A program made the translations under genes and the position numbers. A stretch of DNA of 64,000 nucleotides, from positions 1 through 64,000 of IMG/VR virus record IMGVR_UViG_3300037067_002514; one strand, 5' to 3'. Position 1 is the stretch's first letter. Each line of letters begins with the position of its first letter. Below, one piece after another: positions 28,141 through 37,554 of this stretch. The stretch comes from a virus (taxonomy: Duplodnaviria; Caudoviricetes). The notes under the pieces are model-generated. The model saw only the letters and a list, made by a program, of their open reading frames with translations. It ran no database searches and was not told the DNA's origin.

Positions 28141-29967
28141 TTATACTATCCAACCAGATGGAATACTTGTAGACCATACAGGAAATCCACTTATTGAGAT
28201 TAATACACCACTACCTATTGGTAACCTTGCCAATGTAGTAGAATCTAAGGCATATATAATATCCCCTGCTTGTTGACCATTTAAGTGAACTGAATGATGA
28301 TCACTATTTAGATATTGCTCTTCTGTAGTTCCCTCACCTGTTAAGTGTGATATTAATAAACCAGAACTTACTGATACTCCTGAAACAGTATTAAATGTAA
28401 CTACATCACCATATCCTGTTCCTGTACCAGTTCTAACAAATGCACGTATAGAATAGGAAGCACCAGATACTAATGATGCTATTGATAAACTATAATTACC
28501 AGACTCAACCTCATAATCATGTACTACTATATCAGAAATAGTTGGTGTACCTACACCAGATACATAACAGAAACCCTTATCTAGTATTCTATTACCCCCA
28601 TTACTGGATATAACACCAATACCTGATACTGTTGTAGCATTTACTGTAGTAGGGGTAGAAGTTGATACACTAGGGTTTGTTGGGGTAGTCCAATATGGGT
28701 CTTCCATCTTCAGTATAAACTTAGGTTTATAACCCCCACCACTATAAGTAACACCAGCATAAAAGAAGTCTTCATCCTTTACATTTAATTGATATATACC
28801 AGCAAGTGAGGATACTGGTGATACTACACCATAGGTATCCAAAGTATCTGGATTAAGAACGTATATTTTACCTACAGATGCTGTTTGTCCTAAACCAACT
28901 AGTAGGTGTTGTCCATTGTACCTTAACGCATTAATAATGGTTGACGTTTCCCCAGATGGGGGATACCAAGATTCAATTAAACCTAAATCATGGTCTAGTT
29001 TTTGAAGGGTACTATCAGTAGCACACCCTACAAAAAAGTATTTTCCATCATAGTCTATTACATCATTACCACCTGGTGAATTATTGACACCAATAATTGA
29101 CATATCTGATGTTTTTACCTTATAAGTACCACCATCATCCATTGTTGTATAAAGATGACCTTCGTGAAGAAGCATATCCTGAACCATTGATAGTATAGGT
29201 AGTTCAACAGAAGATACTGTTGTTAGGTTTGACTTTAATATCTTGTATATATATCCCGAAGCAACCCCACCAACATTTATACCAGATACACCACCATCAC
29301 CATCATATATTCCAGCATATACATAGGTGTCATCCATTTCAAAGCCATAGCATAATTTATTAAGTGCTATAGGACAATCCCATGATGATGCAACTACTAG
29401 GGTATCAGTACTAACCTTATAAACCCTTGGACTACTGGATGATCTAGTACCAACGTATATATACGTTGGGTCATAATCATCTATCTTTGCTGTTGACATA
29501 GAATTTAAAGCAGTATCAATTATTTCAATGTAACCAGATACCTTCATATCTGACTGACCTACTTTATAAACCCTATAGATATTTGAAGTATTACTGTAAG
29601 TCCCAAAATATACAAAATCTCTATCTGCATCACCATAATAAGAAACATATCCATTAGTATCGTCAACACTAAGTATAATACCACTAGTTAAAGGATAACA
29701 AATATTGTTAGTGTATCCACTTGGTTCCACAACACCACTATAAGCCCAAGCTCTATAAAACCATGCATCCCCATTAGTCAATCCAGAGTGGGTTACACTA
29801 TTACCTGTACCACTATATACTATAGTATCTGTATTATAGGAAGCTGGATATTGATTTAACTTAGCATTAACAATGGTACCTTGGGCACCACTTCCAGTTT
29901 TCCATTCAAGGTACACTTGTGTATTACTTCCTGTAGAAAAGAAGTTAGTAGGGGATAAAATAGCCAT
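28141..29967 (-). CDS. Virion fibre-associated protein (FnIII-like + beta-propeller-like + FnIII-like)
   Basis: VYLEW...WFYRAWAY and YSIRAFV...GYGDVVTF are FnIII-like; the central YIYVG/YVYAG/YFFVG repeats are propeller-like. Confidence 0.6.
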   Translation of the reverse strand: MAILSPTNFFSTGSNTQVYLEWKTGSGAQGTIVNAKLNQYPASYNTDTIVYSGTGNSVTHSGLTNGDAWFYRAWAYSGVVEPSGYTNNICYPLTSGIILSVDDTNGYVSYYGDADRDFVYFGTYSNTSNIYRVYKVGQSDMKVSGYIEIIDTALNSMSTAKIDDYDPTYIYVGTRSSSSPRVYKVSTDTLVVASSWDCPIALNKLCYGFEMDDTYVYAGIYDGDGGVSGINVGGVASGYIYKILKSNLTTVSSVELPILSMVQDMLLHEGHLYTTMDDGGTYKVKTSDMSIIGVNNSPGGNDVIDYDGKYFFVGCATDSTLQKLDHDLGLIESWYPPSGETSTIINALRYNGQHLLVGLGQTASVGKIYVLNPDTLDTYGVVSPVSSLAGIYQLNVKDEDFFYAGVTYSGGGYKPKFILKMEDPYWTTPTNPSVSTSTPTTVNATTVSGIGVISSNGGNRILDKGFCYVSGVGTPTISDIVVHDYEVESGNYSLSIASLVSGASYSIRAFVRTGTGTGYGDVVTFNTVSGVSVSSGLLISHLTGEGTTEEQYLNSDHHSVHLNGQQAGDIIYALDSTTLARLPIGSGVLISISGFPVWSTSIPSGWIV

Positions 29968-29976
29968 TAGAACCTC

Positions 29977-30378
29977 CTATGAACCTAGCTTATGCTGTAT
30001 AGAGAAAGTAGCTACTAGGCTATCACCTTGAGTACCATCTAGTGGAATACCTGCTGTATATGAGCATAATCCAAAAAGTACATCACCGTCTGTATTAACA
30101 CCACCATGTCCTGATACTGTAACTGATACACCACTAGCAGGGGTAAATGTTACTGATACCTTACTAGTGTCACCTGAAACTGTAGTAGTTACTATACTAC
30201 AAGCACCAGAAGCTACTGCTAAACCAGTTTCTGTACACTTAGTTACACCAGCATATGTACTAGTTTCTGCTACGGTATTTGATTTTAATAGGACTATCTT
30301 AGTCATAGGTGTTGCTGCTATACCAGCTAATAGTTTAGCCATTTCTACATATCCTTCATTAGTTGTTGATACTGCCAT
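29977..30378 (-). CDS. Small virion protein (tail-fibre/collar-like)
   Basis: Start moved to ATG 30378 (SD GGAGGT); Thr/Ser/Gly-rich beta protein ending GDSLVATFSI. Confidence 0.6.
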   Translation of the reverse strand: MAVSTTNEGYVEMAKLLAGIAATPMTKIVLLKSNTVAETSTYAGVTKCTETGLAVASGACSIVTTTVSGDTSKVSVTFTPASGVSVTVSGHGGVNTDGDVLFGLCSYTAGIPLDGTQGDSLVATFSIQHKLGS

Positions 30379-30610
30379 GTAAATACCTCCAAAATCCTTT
30401 TTCAAAGGAAAACTTTAAAACTTCTCTATTTATTAAACCCTCTCTGAAACCACTAGGTGTAGTAGCATTAGGGTGAATAGTACACCACCTTATTCTCCAT
30501 TGATTATACCTAGATTTCATTAAAGAAAGAGTTGTACTTTCTACATAAACTACCTTCCCTCTCCTGTATTTTACTACTTCATATATTGGTATGTCACCAC
30601 TAGGTATCAT
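30359..30610 (-). CDS. Hypothetical protein (83 aa)
   Basis: Probable start ATG 30610, overlapping the upstream stop as TAATG. Confidence 0.55.
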   Translation of the reverse strand: MIPSGDIPIYEVVKYRRGKVVYVESTTLSLMKSRYNQWRIRWCTIHPNATTPSGFREGLINREVLKFSFEKGFWRYLHGSINN

Positions 30611-31041
30611 TATGAAACCCTCATCATTGTCATTTCTATATCCCAAGTATCTTCCCCAGTATATGGAAAAGAGTTTGCATTTACAGGATGTGGTGAGGCA
30701 GAGAAATCAGTTATAAATACAGAGAACATATCAGTAACCCTAGTTTCAGTCTCATCAAATGTACCATGTAGATGGTCTCTACAACCATTTATAACTGCCC
30801 TTCTCCTATAGAAAGCCTCTAATTTTCTTTTCATTATACCAGATACAGCAGTAAACCTTAATGTCCTTATAGCCCCATTGAAACCATCTGAGTGTATGTT
30901 GGGAAAGCTACCACCTATAGGATTAAATTGGGAATATCTTAATATATACTTCCATCCAGTATCACCACCATGCCTATCTGGATTTCTCTCAAATATATAA
31001 ACGTACTCACCACCTTTATCAAACATCCATCTATATATCAT
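30610..31041 (-). CDS. Putative distal-tail/baseplate protein
   Basis: Directly follows the tape measure via TAATG coupling; size and position fit a Dit-like protein (inference). Confidence 0.5.
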   Translation of the reverse strand: MIYRWMFDKGGEYVYIFERNPDRHGGDTGWKYILRYSQFNPIGGSFPNIHSDGFNGAIRTLRFTAVSGIMKRKLEAFYRRRAVINGCRDHLHGTFDETETRVTDMFSVFITDFSASPHPVNANSFPYTGEDTWDIEMTMMRVS

Positions 31042-34000
31042 TATCTTCCACCATTCCTTTCACCATAACCATATGTACCAGATTGTGCCTTTATTACTGT
31101 CTGTAGAGAAGACCTTTGTTTATCAGTAACATTTGTACTAAGAATAGAATTTAGTAGATTAAGTATATTATCTGATAACTTAATTAAGTTTGTGTTTACT
31201 GTTCCTAGTGAATCAGCAGCTTGCTTACTATAAATATCACTAGAGGTATATGTACCTTCCCTAGGAAATGGGTGTACTGTTGGTATAGATTGATACCAAG
31301 AAGGTTTATTATACTCAGCATATATTTCATTTGAAGCAGTATTTTCTTCTAGTGCTCTTGTAGACATTTCTACAGCTTTAGTATTAAGCCTTTGTTCATA
31401 CATTAAACCAGTAGTTACATCATAGAACTGGTATAACTGGGTATCTTTATACCCTAATCTTTCTGCCTCTTTGGTATACTTATCTATGTTCTCTTTTATA
31501 AAAGGAACTACTTTATTATACTCACTTGTTCCCATTATATCTAGGTTTTTCCTATCATCCTGCATATCCCTTAAACCAATCTCAAGAGCTTTACTAGGCA
31601 TATTTAAGGTAGTAGTCTCCCCTGTTTTATAGTTAAATAGTGTTTGTAAGGATGGGTCAGTTTCACCTATTAACCCTGCCTTTTTTATAAAATCATCTTT
31701 ATTCTTTTGTAAGTGATCAACTATATTCCTATACTCATCATCACCATACATTGATATATCACCAAAGGTCTTATAGGTTGATGCCCTCTTTGTTGCTGCA
31801 TCAGCAGCCTTAGATAAAGACTCAACTTCGTTAGCCTTATTTAATATAGTAGACAGTATTTCCAAAAGGTCATTTACAGCGTCTATTGCACCCTTTTTAG
31901 TTAAATTTCCTGCTTCTTTTGTTATTTTTTCCATAGCACCATTCATTTGTTCTATGTAATTCTCATTACCTGCATATTCTGGTATGTCAACTACAATATT
32001 TTGTTCCCTTAAACCCTTCTCTACTTCCTTTGCCCTATCTTTATCAAACTGATTTAACTCCCTTGTTTTTCCAACTATATCACTAGTTAATGCTACAATC
32101 GTAGATATCATACCTGAATTATACTTAGTTAGGTATAACCATTGTTCTATTTCTATCTCTGAGAAAGCATCAAGCATACCTTTTGTGTTCTCTTTAACCT
32201 CTTTAGCTGATACCTTATAGGTAGGATAGCTTTTTGATATACCCTCATAAGATGATTTAGCTGACTCATATGCAGAATCACTCATACTAAATTGGGTTTC
32301 ATTTAACCTATCTAAATTAGCTCTTTCCCACTCTACTAGGTTTAAACTCTTACCTTCAAAATCAACAAGTGTACTCTCAGCTAATTGTTTAACTTCCTTT
32401 TGAAAAGTAAACTGTTTAGTTTGTTCCTTTGCTAAATCTTGCCTTCTCTTTAAAGCATCTGATTCCAGTTTCATGGCATTAGCTAGAGAGGTGGAAGCCT
32501 GTTCTTCAGATAACATTCCCCTCGCCCTTAGGTCTAGTATAGGGAGAAGGGCATTTATACCCTCTGTTAACTCCCCAAAGGCAACACCATTATTCCCTGC
32601 TAGTTTAATAAAATCCTCAATTTCTAAGGTTCCATCTAATAAGGCATCTGCATACTCACTCATACCCCTTCCTAATGCTTTAGCGAATACCTCATCAGTT
32701 ATTAACCCCTGTTTATTAGCATACTTTAATGCAGTAAGAGCACCATATCCCTCTTCCCAATCCTTCTTACTAACCCCCCTATAGTTTTCAAGATTAGTAT
32801 TAGCACTCTTAAGAACTTCTTCCCCGCTTTTAGAAAATGCCCCTGCCCCCATTCCACCAAAGGTAATATATGACCCACTTCTACTAACAATATTCTCTAT
32901 ATTGCTCCACTGTTTAGAATAAACATCAGCAGGAGTTTCTTCAGGTGCAGACTTAATCATTCTCTTTCTATATTCTGCATCTGTTTCATCTTCCATAGGT
33001 GCTGTCTTCTTACCCGTTACTATCTCTTTTAAATCAAGAGAGAAAGCATCAGCTACACCAGAGAACATTTTCTTTATTCTATCCTCTTTTGAAATAAATG
33101 CGTCTGCTGCTAAATCACCAATCAACTTACCAGCTACACCACCTATTGCCATTCCTATAATACCACCAGCACTACCAGCCATAGTACCCATAGCAGACAT
33201 TATAGAACCAGCCATACTAGAACCCATAGCCTGATTAGCAGCAAAGGATACCATTCCACCCATCATAGAAGTACCACTATACATAGCCTTTAATCTACTA
33301 TCTGAACCAACAGGATTGGTCATAAAAGTACCAAACTTTCTAGACCTATCAGCTACGTATGCTCTAAAACCTTTACCATAGGTCGTATCTACACCCTGTC
33401 TTCCAGATAAAGGTGAATCTGCTGATTGAGGATTACTCCACTCTTCTATAGGTGACATAGCTAAAGGCATATTAGTTTTCATACTAAACGGAATACTGCC
33501 TACAGTTTTAACATTTCTCCAAGGGTCATACTTTATTGTTTCTTTGTAGGACTTCTGTATCTCTCTAATACGATCATCACCAATCTTTATAACCTCATCT
33601 ACTGACTTTGGTATAGTAGTAGTGGCTATCCTAATACTATTTGAGTATGTTCTTGATGATTCCCCCCAAGCTTTTGATACCTCATTTTGATACTTTTTTA
33701 TATCATTTTCACCAATTCTACCAAGTTCCTCAAATTGAGCAATTGCACTAGGCTTGAATCCTACTTTAATTTTACTAATCTTATTTAAGTATGCCTGTCC
33801 CTCTTTAGTTTGCATACCTATATCTGCAAGATTCTTAGCACTTCTCTGAGTAGGGTCAACATATGGTGAACCAACAAAGGATATACCACCTTTAGAACCC
33901 TGTATTATATTAGGAAGATACTGTACTTTTTGATTTAATCCTATAGATTGAGTACCCATGCCATATGCTAATGGACTAGCTTGAGCTTTTTCTAATTCAC

Positions 34001-35720
34001 TAGCAGATAAGCCAGCTACATTCAACAGTGGTACATAAGGATTTCTAGCAAAGGTTATACCTCTTTTGCTTGATGGGAGGGTCTTTTCAGTAAAACCTTT
34101 ATATAAAGCACCCCTCTTAGATTCTTCTTCTAGTACATCTGTACCAGCTTTAGTTGCATAACTCTTCCACTGTCCACCATTACCTGTTTCAAATACAACT
34201 AAACCTTGATCTGGTTTTACTAATGATTTAGCATAGTTAGGGCTTACTGCTGCCCTTAATGCACTAACCTCATTTCTTATACCCGATGTTATACCACCTA
34301 GCATACCTTTTTCACCAGTAATACCCAACCACATAGGTACCTTAGAGGCAAGCTTTAAGGCACCTAAAGAAGCTACAATTACCATTATTGTTTTAGCTAA
34401 TCTAAATAAACTAGTATCAGCATTTGATACCCAGTCAAATATCTTTGCTAGATTTTTTAAGGCATTACTTAAATCATTGATTATACCTGTTTCAGAACCT
34501 AAAGCCATAGAAAGTTTATCCTGTGATGCAGTAAACTTATCCCAGCTATTAGCTAGTGTATCAACAATCTTTTCATTAGCAGTAATAGCATCATTTTGTG
34601 CTTCTTGACTAATCGTAGCTGTTCTCACTGCTGTAGGAATGTTACCCAATAAAGCAAGGAACTTAGCATAATTTCTTTGACCAGCACCAGCAGCTTTAGC
34701 TATTTCCAACCATTGGGCATCATTTAGGACATTCAACTCCTTTAATGCTGATAAATCAAGCATAACATCCCAGAAACCTCTTAAGTCACCTGTTGATGTT
34801 TTTGCAGCTACACCATATTTTTCAAGAAGTTTAATAGAACCCTCATTATATAAGGTAGACATTAAACCTCTTATTGTATTACCTAGTTCAGTAGGTGACT
34901 GTGTAACTGTTTCAGATAAGGCAGCTACTATACCATTCATTTGATCAATAGTCATACCAGCAGCTTTTCCAGCTTCTGCCATAATAGCAAAGGTTTGTGA
35001 TAGATCATTAACATTAACAGCAGCATTCTTTGATACAGCAGTCCATTTATTTAGTAGAGTTAAACCACTATCTAAATCTAATCCAGTTTGTCTCAAAGAA
35101 CCTACTAGGATGTCAATAGATTGGCTATACTGCATTCCAGTTAGGTTAGCAAGTATAGATGCATCTTTAAGTAATCTTACAGATACAGCAGCCCTTTCTG
35201 CACTTTCACCATACTTTGCCGTAGCTCTTAGTGCTAAATCCATTCCATTTAATGTTTGGTTAATCGGCATACCAAATTCAATAGCTACTGCTGCAACATC
35301 CTTAAAGTATTTATAAAGAGAATCACCTACAGCAGAAGTTGTAATACTGATACGAGATAAAGTAGTCTCTAATTCCTTCCATGTTACTATTGTTTCAGAA
35401 ACTTTATGCATTACACCATATACAGCAGCTATAGCTATCTGCCATACAGCAACCTTTTTAGCAGCCTCACCAGCTATCCTACCAAAGTTATCCATAGTAA
35501 TAGTACCCTTTGATACAGCGTCACTAGAAAAGGATACATCCATAGAATTACCCATAGCATCTATGTTTTTAGTAGCATTCTGTATATTTTGGCGAAAATC
35601 ATACATTAAGGAATTATACTTCTGTATATCCCTCATGTTGTTAGGATTTAAACCCATATTAGCCATTGTAGGGTAAAATCCTGTTTCCATTATCTGCTTA
35701 GATACTTTATCTAAAGGCAT
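31041..35720 (-). CDS. Tail tape measure protein
   Basis: 1559 aa, helical and Ala-rich; TMP core (AIEFG...AKYG...ILANLTG...AMAEAGKAAG...GNTIRGL); Gly-rich hydrophobic middle; follows the chaperone gene. Confidence 0.92.
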   Translation of the reverse strand: MPLDKVSKQIMETGFYPTMANMGLNPNNMRDIQKYNSLMYDFRQNIQNATKNIDAMGNSMDVSFSSDAVSKGTITMDNFGRIAGEAAKKVAVWQIAIAAVYGVMHKVSETIVTWKELETTLSRISITTSAVGDSLYKYFKDVAAVAIEFGMPINQTLNGMDLALRATAKYGESAERAAVSVRLLKDASILANLTGMQYSQSIDILVGSLRQTGLDLDSGLTLLNKWTAVSKNAAVNVNDLSQTFAIMAEAGKAAGMTIDQMNGIVAALSETVTQSPTELGNTIRGLMSTLYNEGSIKLLEKYGVAAKTSTGDLRGFWDVMLDLSALKELNVLNDAQWLEIAKAAGAGQRNYAKFLALLGNIPTAVRTATISQEAQNDAITANEKIVDTLANSWDKFTASQDKLSMALGSETGIINDLSNALKNLAKIFDWVSNADTSLFRLAKTIMVIVASLGALKLASKVPMWLGITGEKGMLGGITSGIRNEVSALRAAVSPNYAKSLVKPDQGLVVFETGNGGQWKSYATKAGTDVLEEESKRGALYKGFTEKTLPSSKRGITFARNPYVPLLNVAGLSASELEKAQASPLAYGMGTQSIGLNQKVQYLPNIIQGSKGGISFVGSPYVDPTQRSAKNLADIGMQTKEGQAYLNKISKIKVGFKPSAIAQFEELGRIGENDIKKYQNEVSKAWGESSRTYSNSIRIATTTIPKSVDEVIKIGDDRIREIQKSYKETIKYDPWRNVKTVGSIPFSMKTNMPLAMSPIEEWSNPQSADSPLSGRQGVDTTYGKGFRAYVADRSRKFGTFMTNPVGSDSRLKAMYSGTSMMGGMVSFAANQAMGSSMAGSIMSAMGTMAGSAGGIIGMAIGGVAGKLIGDLAADAFISKEDRIKKMFSGVADAFSLDLKEIVTGKKTAPMEDETDAEYRKRMIKSAPEETPADVYSKQWSNIENIVSRSGSYITFGGMGAGAFSKSGEEVLKSANTNLENYRGVSKKDWEEGYGALTALKYANKQGLITDEVFAKALGRGMSEYADALLDGTLEIEDFIKLAGNNGVAFGELTEGINALLPILDLRARGMLSEEQASTSLANAMKLESDALKRRQDLAKEQTKQFTFQKEVKQLAESTLVDFEGKSLNLVEWERANLDRLNETQFSMSDSAYESAKSSYEGISKSYPTYKVSAKEVKENTKGMLDAFSEIEIEQWLYLTKYNSGMISTIVALTSDIVGKTRELNQFDKDRAKEVEKGLREQNIVVDIPEYAGNENYIEQMNGAMEKITKEAGNLTKKGAIDAVNDLLEILSTILNKANEVESLSKAADAATKRASTYKTFGDISMYGDDEYRNIVDHLQKNKDDFIKKAGLIGETDPSLQTLFNYKTGETTTLNMPSKALEIGLRDMQDDRKNLDIMGTSEYNKVVPFIKENIDKYTKEAERLGYKDTQLYQFYDVTTGLMYEQRLNTKAVEMSTRALEENTASNEIYAEYNKPSWYQSIPTVHPFPREGTYTSSDIYSKQAADSLGTVNTNLIKLSDNILNLLNSILSTNVTDKQRSSLQTVIKAQSGTYGYGERNGGR

Positions 35721-35727
35721 TGTTCTC

Positions 35728-36030
35728 CTAAGTGTCCTCTATCTCTGAATCTTCTAATGGAAGATTGAATTCAGTTTGCTTTTCACCATTAGAGTATATC
35801 CTATCAAACCAGTCCTCAAGTTCTTCATTCTTGAACCACAATTCCTTCGGAGGTTGTTTATCTTTAGGTAACTCCATAAAGGAGTCTATTTGTGTTCTCT
35901 TTCTTACTAGGAAGGATATTGTATACGGATAATCTGATGATGCTATACCTATTAAACTACTATGTAGTGGTATGTTATTTATTCTAGCAATGCGCCATAC
36001 CCCTAAAAAAGCATTGCTATCTATCAGTTT
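35728..36030 (-). CDS. -1 frameshift extension of the tail chaperone (GT form, +100 aa; not in the ORF track)
   Basis: Open -1 frame KLIDSNAFLGVWRIAR...PPKELWFKNEELEDWFDRIY...SEIEDT-TAG, ending 8 nt before the TMP ATG. Confidence 0.85.
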   Translation of the reverse strand, partial: KLIDSNAFLGVWRIARINNIPLHSSLIGIASSDYPYTISFLVRKRTQIDSFMELPKDKQPPKELWFKNEELEDWFDRIYSNGEKQTEFNLPLEDSEIEDT

Positions 36031-36033
36031 TTT
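35985..36033 (-). promoter_or_regulatory. Programmed -1 frameshift signal
   Basis: A AAA AAC (36033-36027), 7-nt spacer, then a perfect 9-bp stem TAGCAATGC/GCATTGCTA. Confidence 0.85.
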
Positions 36034-36713
36034 AGTTCTTCCCCGTTTATCTCAAGGTTATTGTAAGCAGATATTATCTGATTTAATAAGAGGGTACTGC
36101 TGCTCTCAAACTCCTCAAATGAACTAAAGGCTAGTGTTGAATACTTACTATCTAAATATGTTCCCTTATACACACAGTAGTTCCTAAATGTCTTTTGAAA
36201 TACTTCTGAGCATTTCATATTTACAACAGAAGATATATACTGTTCCTTTAATTTTCCTATATCTTCTACCTTACCTAGTTCTACTTTCCTTTCCTCACTT
36301 CTTTTTGTCATAAAGTTAGATATTTCTTCTACTCTATTCTTTGATGCCTCTTCAACCTTACTTTCATAGTCCTCTTGTTGTTCAAGGGTAGGATTTTCAG
36401 GTAGTTCTGGTACTTCTTTAAAAGAAAGTTTTGAAATCGCTTCATCCCTATAATCAACTAGCTCTGATGATACTATGGACTCTATGAGTTCATCCTTAGT
36501 AAGATTATCTACATCCATAAAGTTTATATTATACTCATCACTCTCTTTATTCCTCAACTTTAACCTTAACTGCTTACTTCTCTTCAAAGAGAAATTCCTT
36601 GCATCCGAGTAATCAATATCACCAACTAGTTTAAGATATAGTTTAGCTAAAACCTTATCCCCATCCTTAATTTCAACACTTCTCTTCCACCTAAAAATAT
36701 CCTTTATTAACAT
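36024..36713 (-). CDS. Tail assembly chaperone (G form, 229 aa)
   Basis: Lies between the tail tube and TMP; start ATG 36713 with GGAG SD; ends EELKN-stop on a slippery heptamer. Confidence 0.8.
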   Translation of the reverse strand: MLIKDIFRWKRSVEIKDGDKVLAKLYLKLVGDIDYSDARNFSLKRSKQLRLKLRNKESDEYNINFMDVDNLTKDELIESIVSSELVDYRDEAISKLSFKEVPELPENPTLEQQEDYESKVEEASKNRVEEISNFMTKRSEERKVELGKVEDIGKLKEQYISSVVNMKCSEVFQKTFRNYCVYKGTYLDSKYSTLAFSSFEEFESSSTLLLNQIISAYNNLEINGEELKN

Positions 36714-36736
36714 AACTCCACTCCTTATAAATATTA

Positions 36737-36770
36737 AGGGGGTAGTGTACCATAAAGGCAACTACCCCCT
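36737..36770 (-). terminator. Stem-loop, probable terminator downstream of the endonuclease gene
   Basis: Perfect 10-bp inverted repeat AGGGGGTAGT/ACTACCCCCT followed by an AT-rich tract. Confidence 0.5.
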
Positions 36771-36825
36771 ATTGATACAATGTACCAACCTTCTGTATTA
36801 AGTTTTATACTAATTACTGGGTAAC

Positions 36826-37449
36826 TTATGCATGTGACCCAGAATACCTTATATAATCACATAATGGTTTTAAATCTAAAATATATCCAAGATCAATACT
36901 CTTTAATCTAATTAGATTAAATCCACTTTCTTTTATAGTTGAATCAATCCTACTATCCCTATCAGCAACCTCTGGTTTTTCATGATAATACCTACCATCA
37001 GCATAAATAACCAGATTAAGGCTGGGGATAAAGGCATCTGGAATTGTATAACTAAACTGTTTCTGCTTTATGTATTCAAAACCATGTAACTCAAGAAATT
37101 GATATAATTGTCTTTCTAAACAAGTATATTTACCACTATTAAAATGTTTAGCCATTGATTCTATTCTTTTTTCTTTTTCTCCTATAGACTGTATTCTACC
37201 AATATTATGATTAGTCCCGCCTTTATTAACATGCCCTGGAATAAAGTTCCTATATCTATAATGTGTATCTGGGTTCATTATAAACCCACCACAACCACAT
37301 TTACAAGGTGTTTGTACAGAATAGAATGGTTCTCTAATCTTTACGTGGGTATGATAGCATTTACTAGAACAGTATTTTTCAGCTCTTCTTGGTTTATTAT
37401 ATGTTGAATAGAATTCTTTACCACAATGAATACACACTCTTTTATTCAT
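36826..37449 (-). CDS. Free-standing Vsr/DUF559-like endonuclease with Zn-finger DNA-binding modules (putative homing endonuclease)
   Basis: CxxC..YCSSKC and CKCGCG..FIPGH modules; ERQLYQFL, PDAFIP, ADGRYYH, RDSRID..GFNLIRL. Start moved to ATG 37449 (SD GAGGA). Confidence 0.8.
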   Translation of the reverse strand: MNKRVCIHCGKEFYSTYNKPRRAEKYCSSKCYHTHVKIREPFYSVQTPCKCGCGGFIMNPDTHYRYRNFIPGHVNKGGTNHNIGRIQSIGEKEKRIESMAKHFNSGKYTCLERQLYQFLELHGFEYIKQKQFSYTIPDAFIPSLNLVIYADGRYYHEKPEVADRDSRIDSTIKESGFNLIRLKSIDLGYILDLKPLCDYIRYSGSHA

Positions 37450-37482
37450 ATCTATCCTCAGTAATAGATTCTCAGATATAGT

Positions 37483-37540
37483 TAAAGATGGGGAATGAGT
37501 CTGAGTTCTCACTTTCGGTAGCTAACCTACCCCATCTTTA
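37483..37540 (-). other. Structured leader element (candidate three-way-junction RNA) upstream of the endonuclease
   Basis: 11-bp perfect outer stem TAAAGATGGGG/CCCCATCTTTA enclosing two 5-bp hairpins joined by GAAA. Confidence 0.55.
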
Positions 37541-37554
37541 TACTTATTTAAACC

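Noticed and set aside
37483-37540. Hammerhead ribozyme
   Set aside because: The three-way junction has GAAA but lacks the CUGAnGA core on either strand.
36826-37540. Group I intron containing the endonuclease
   Set aside because: Both flanking genes are complete with their own stop and start, and there is too little non-coding sequence for an intron core.
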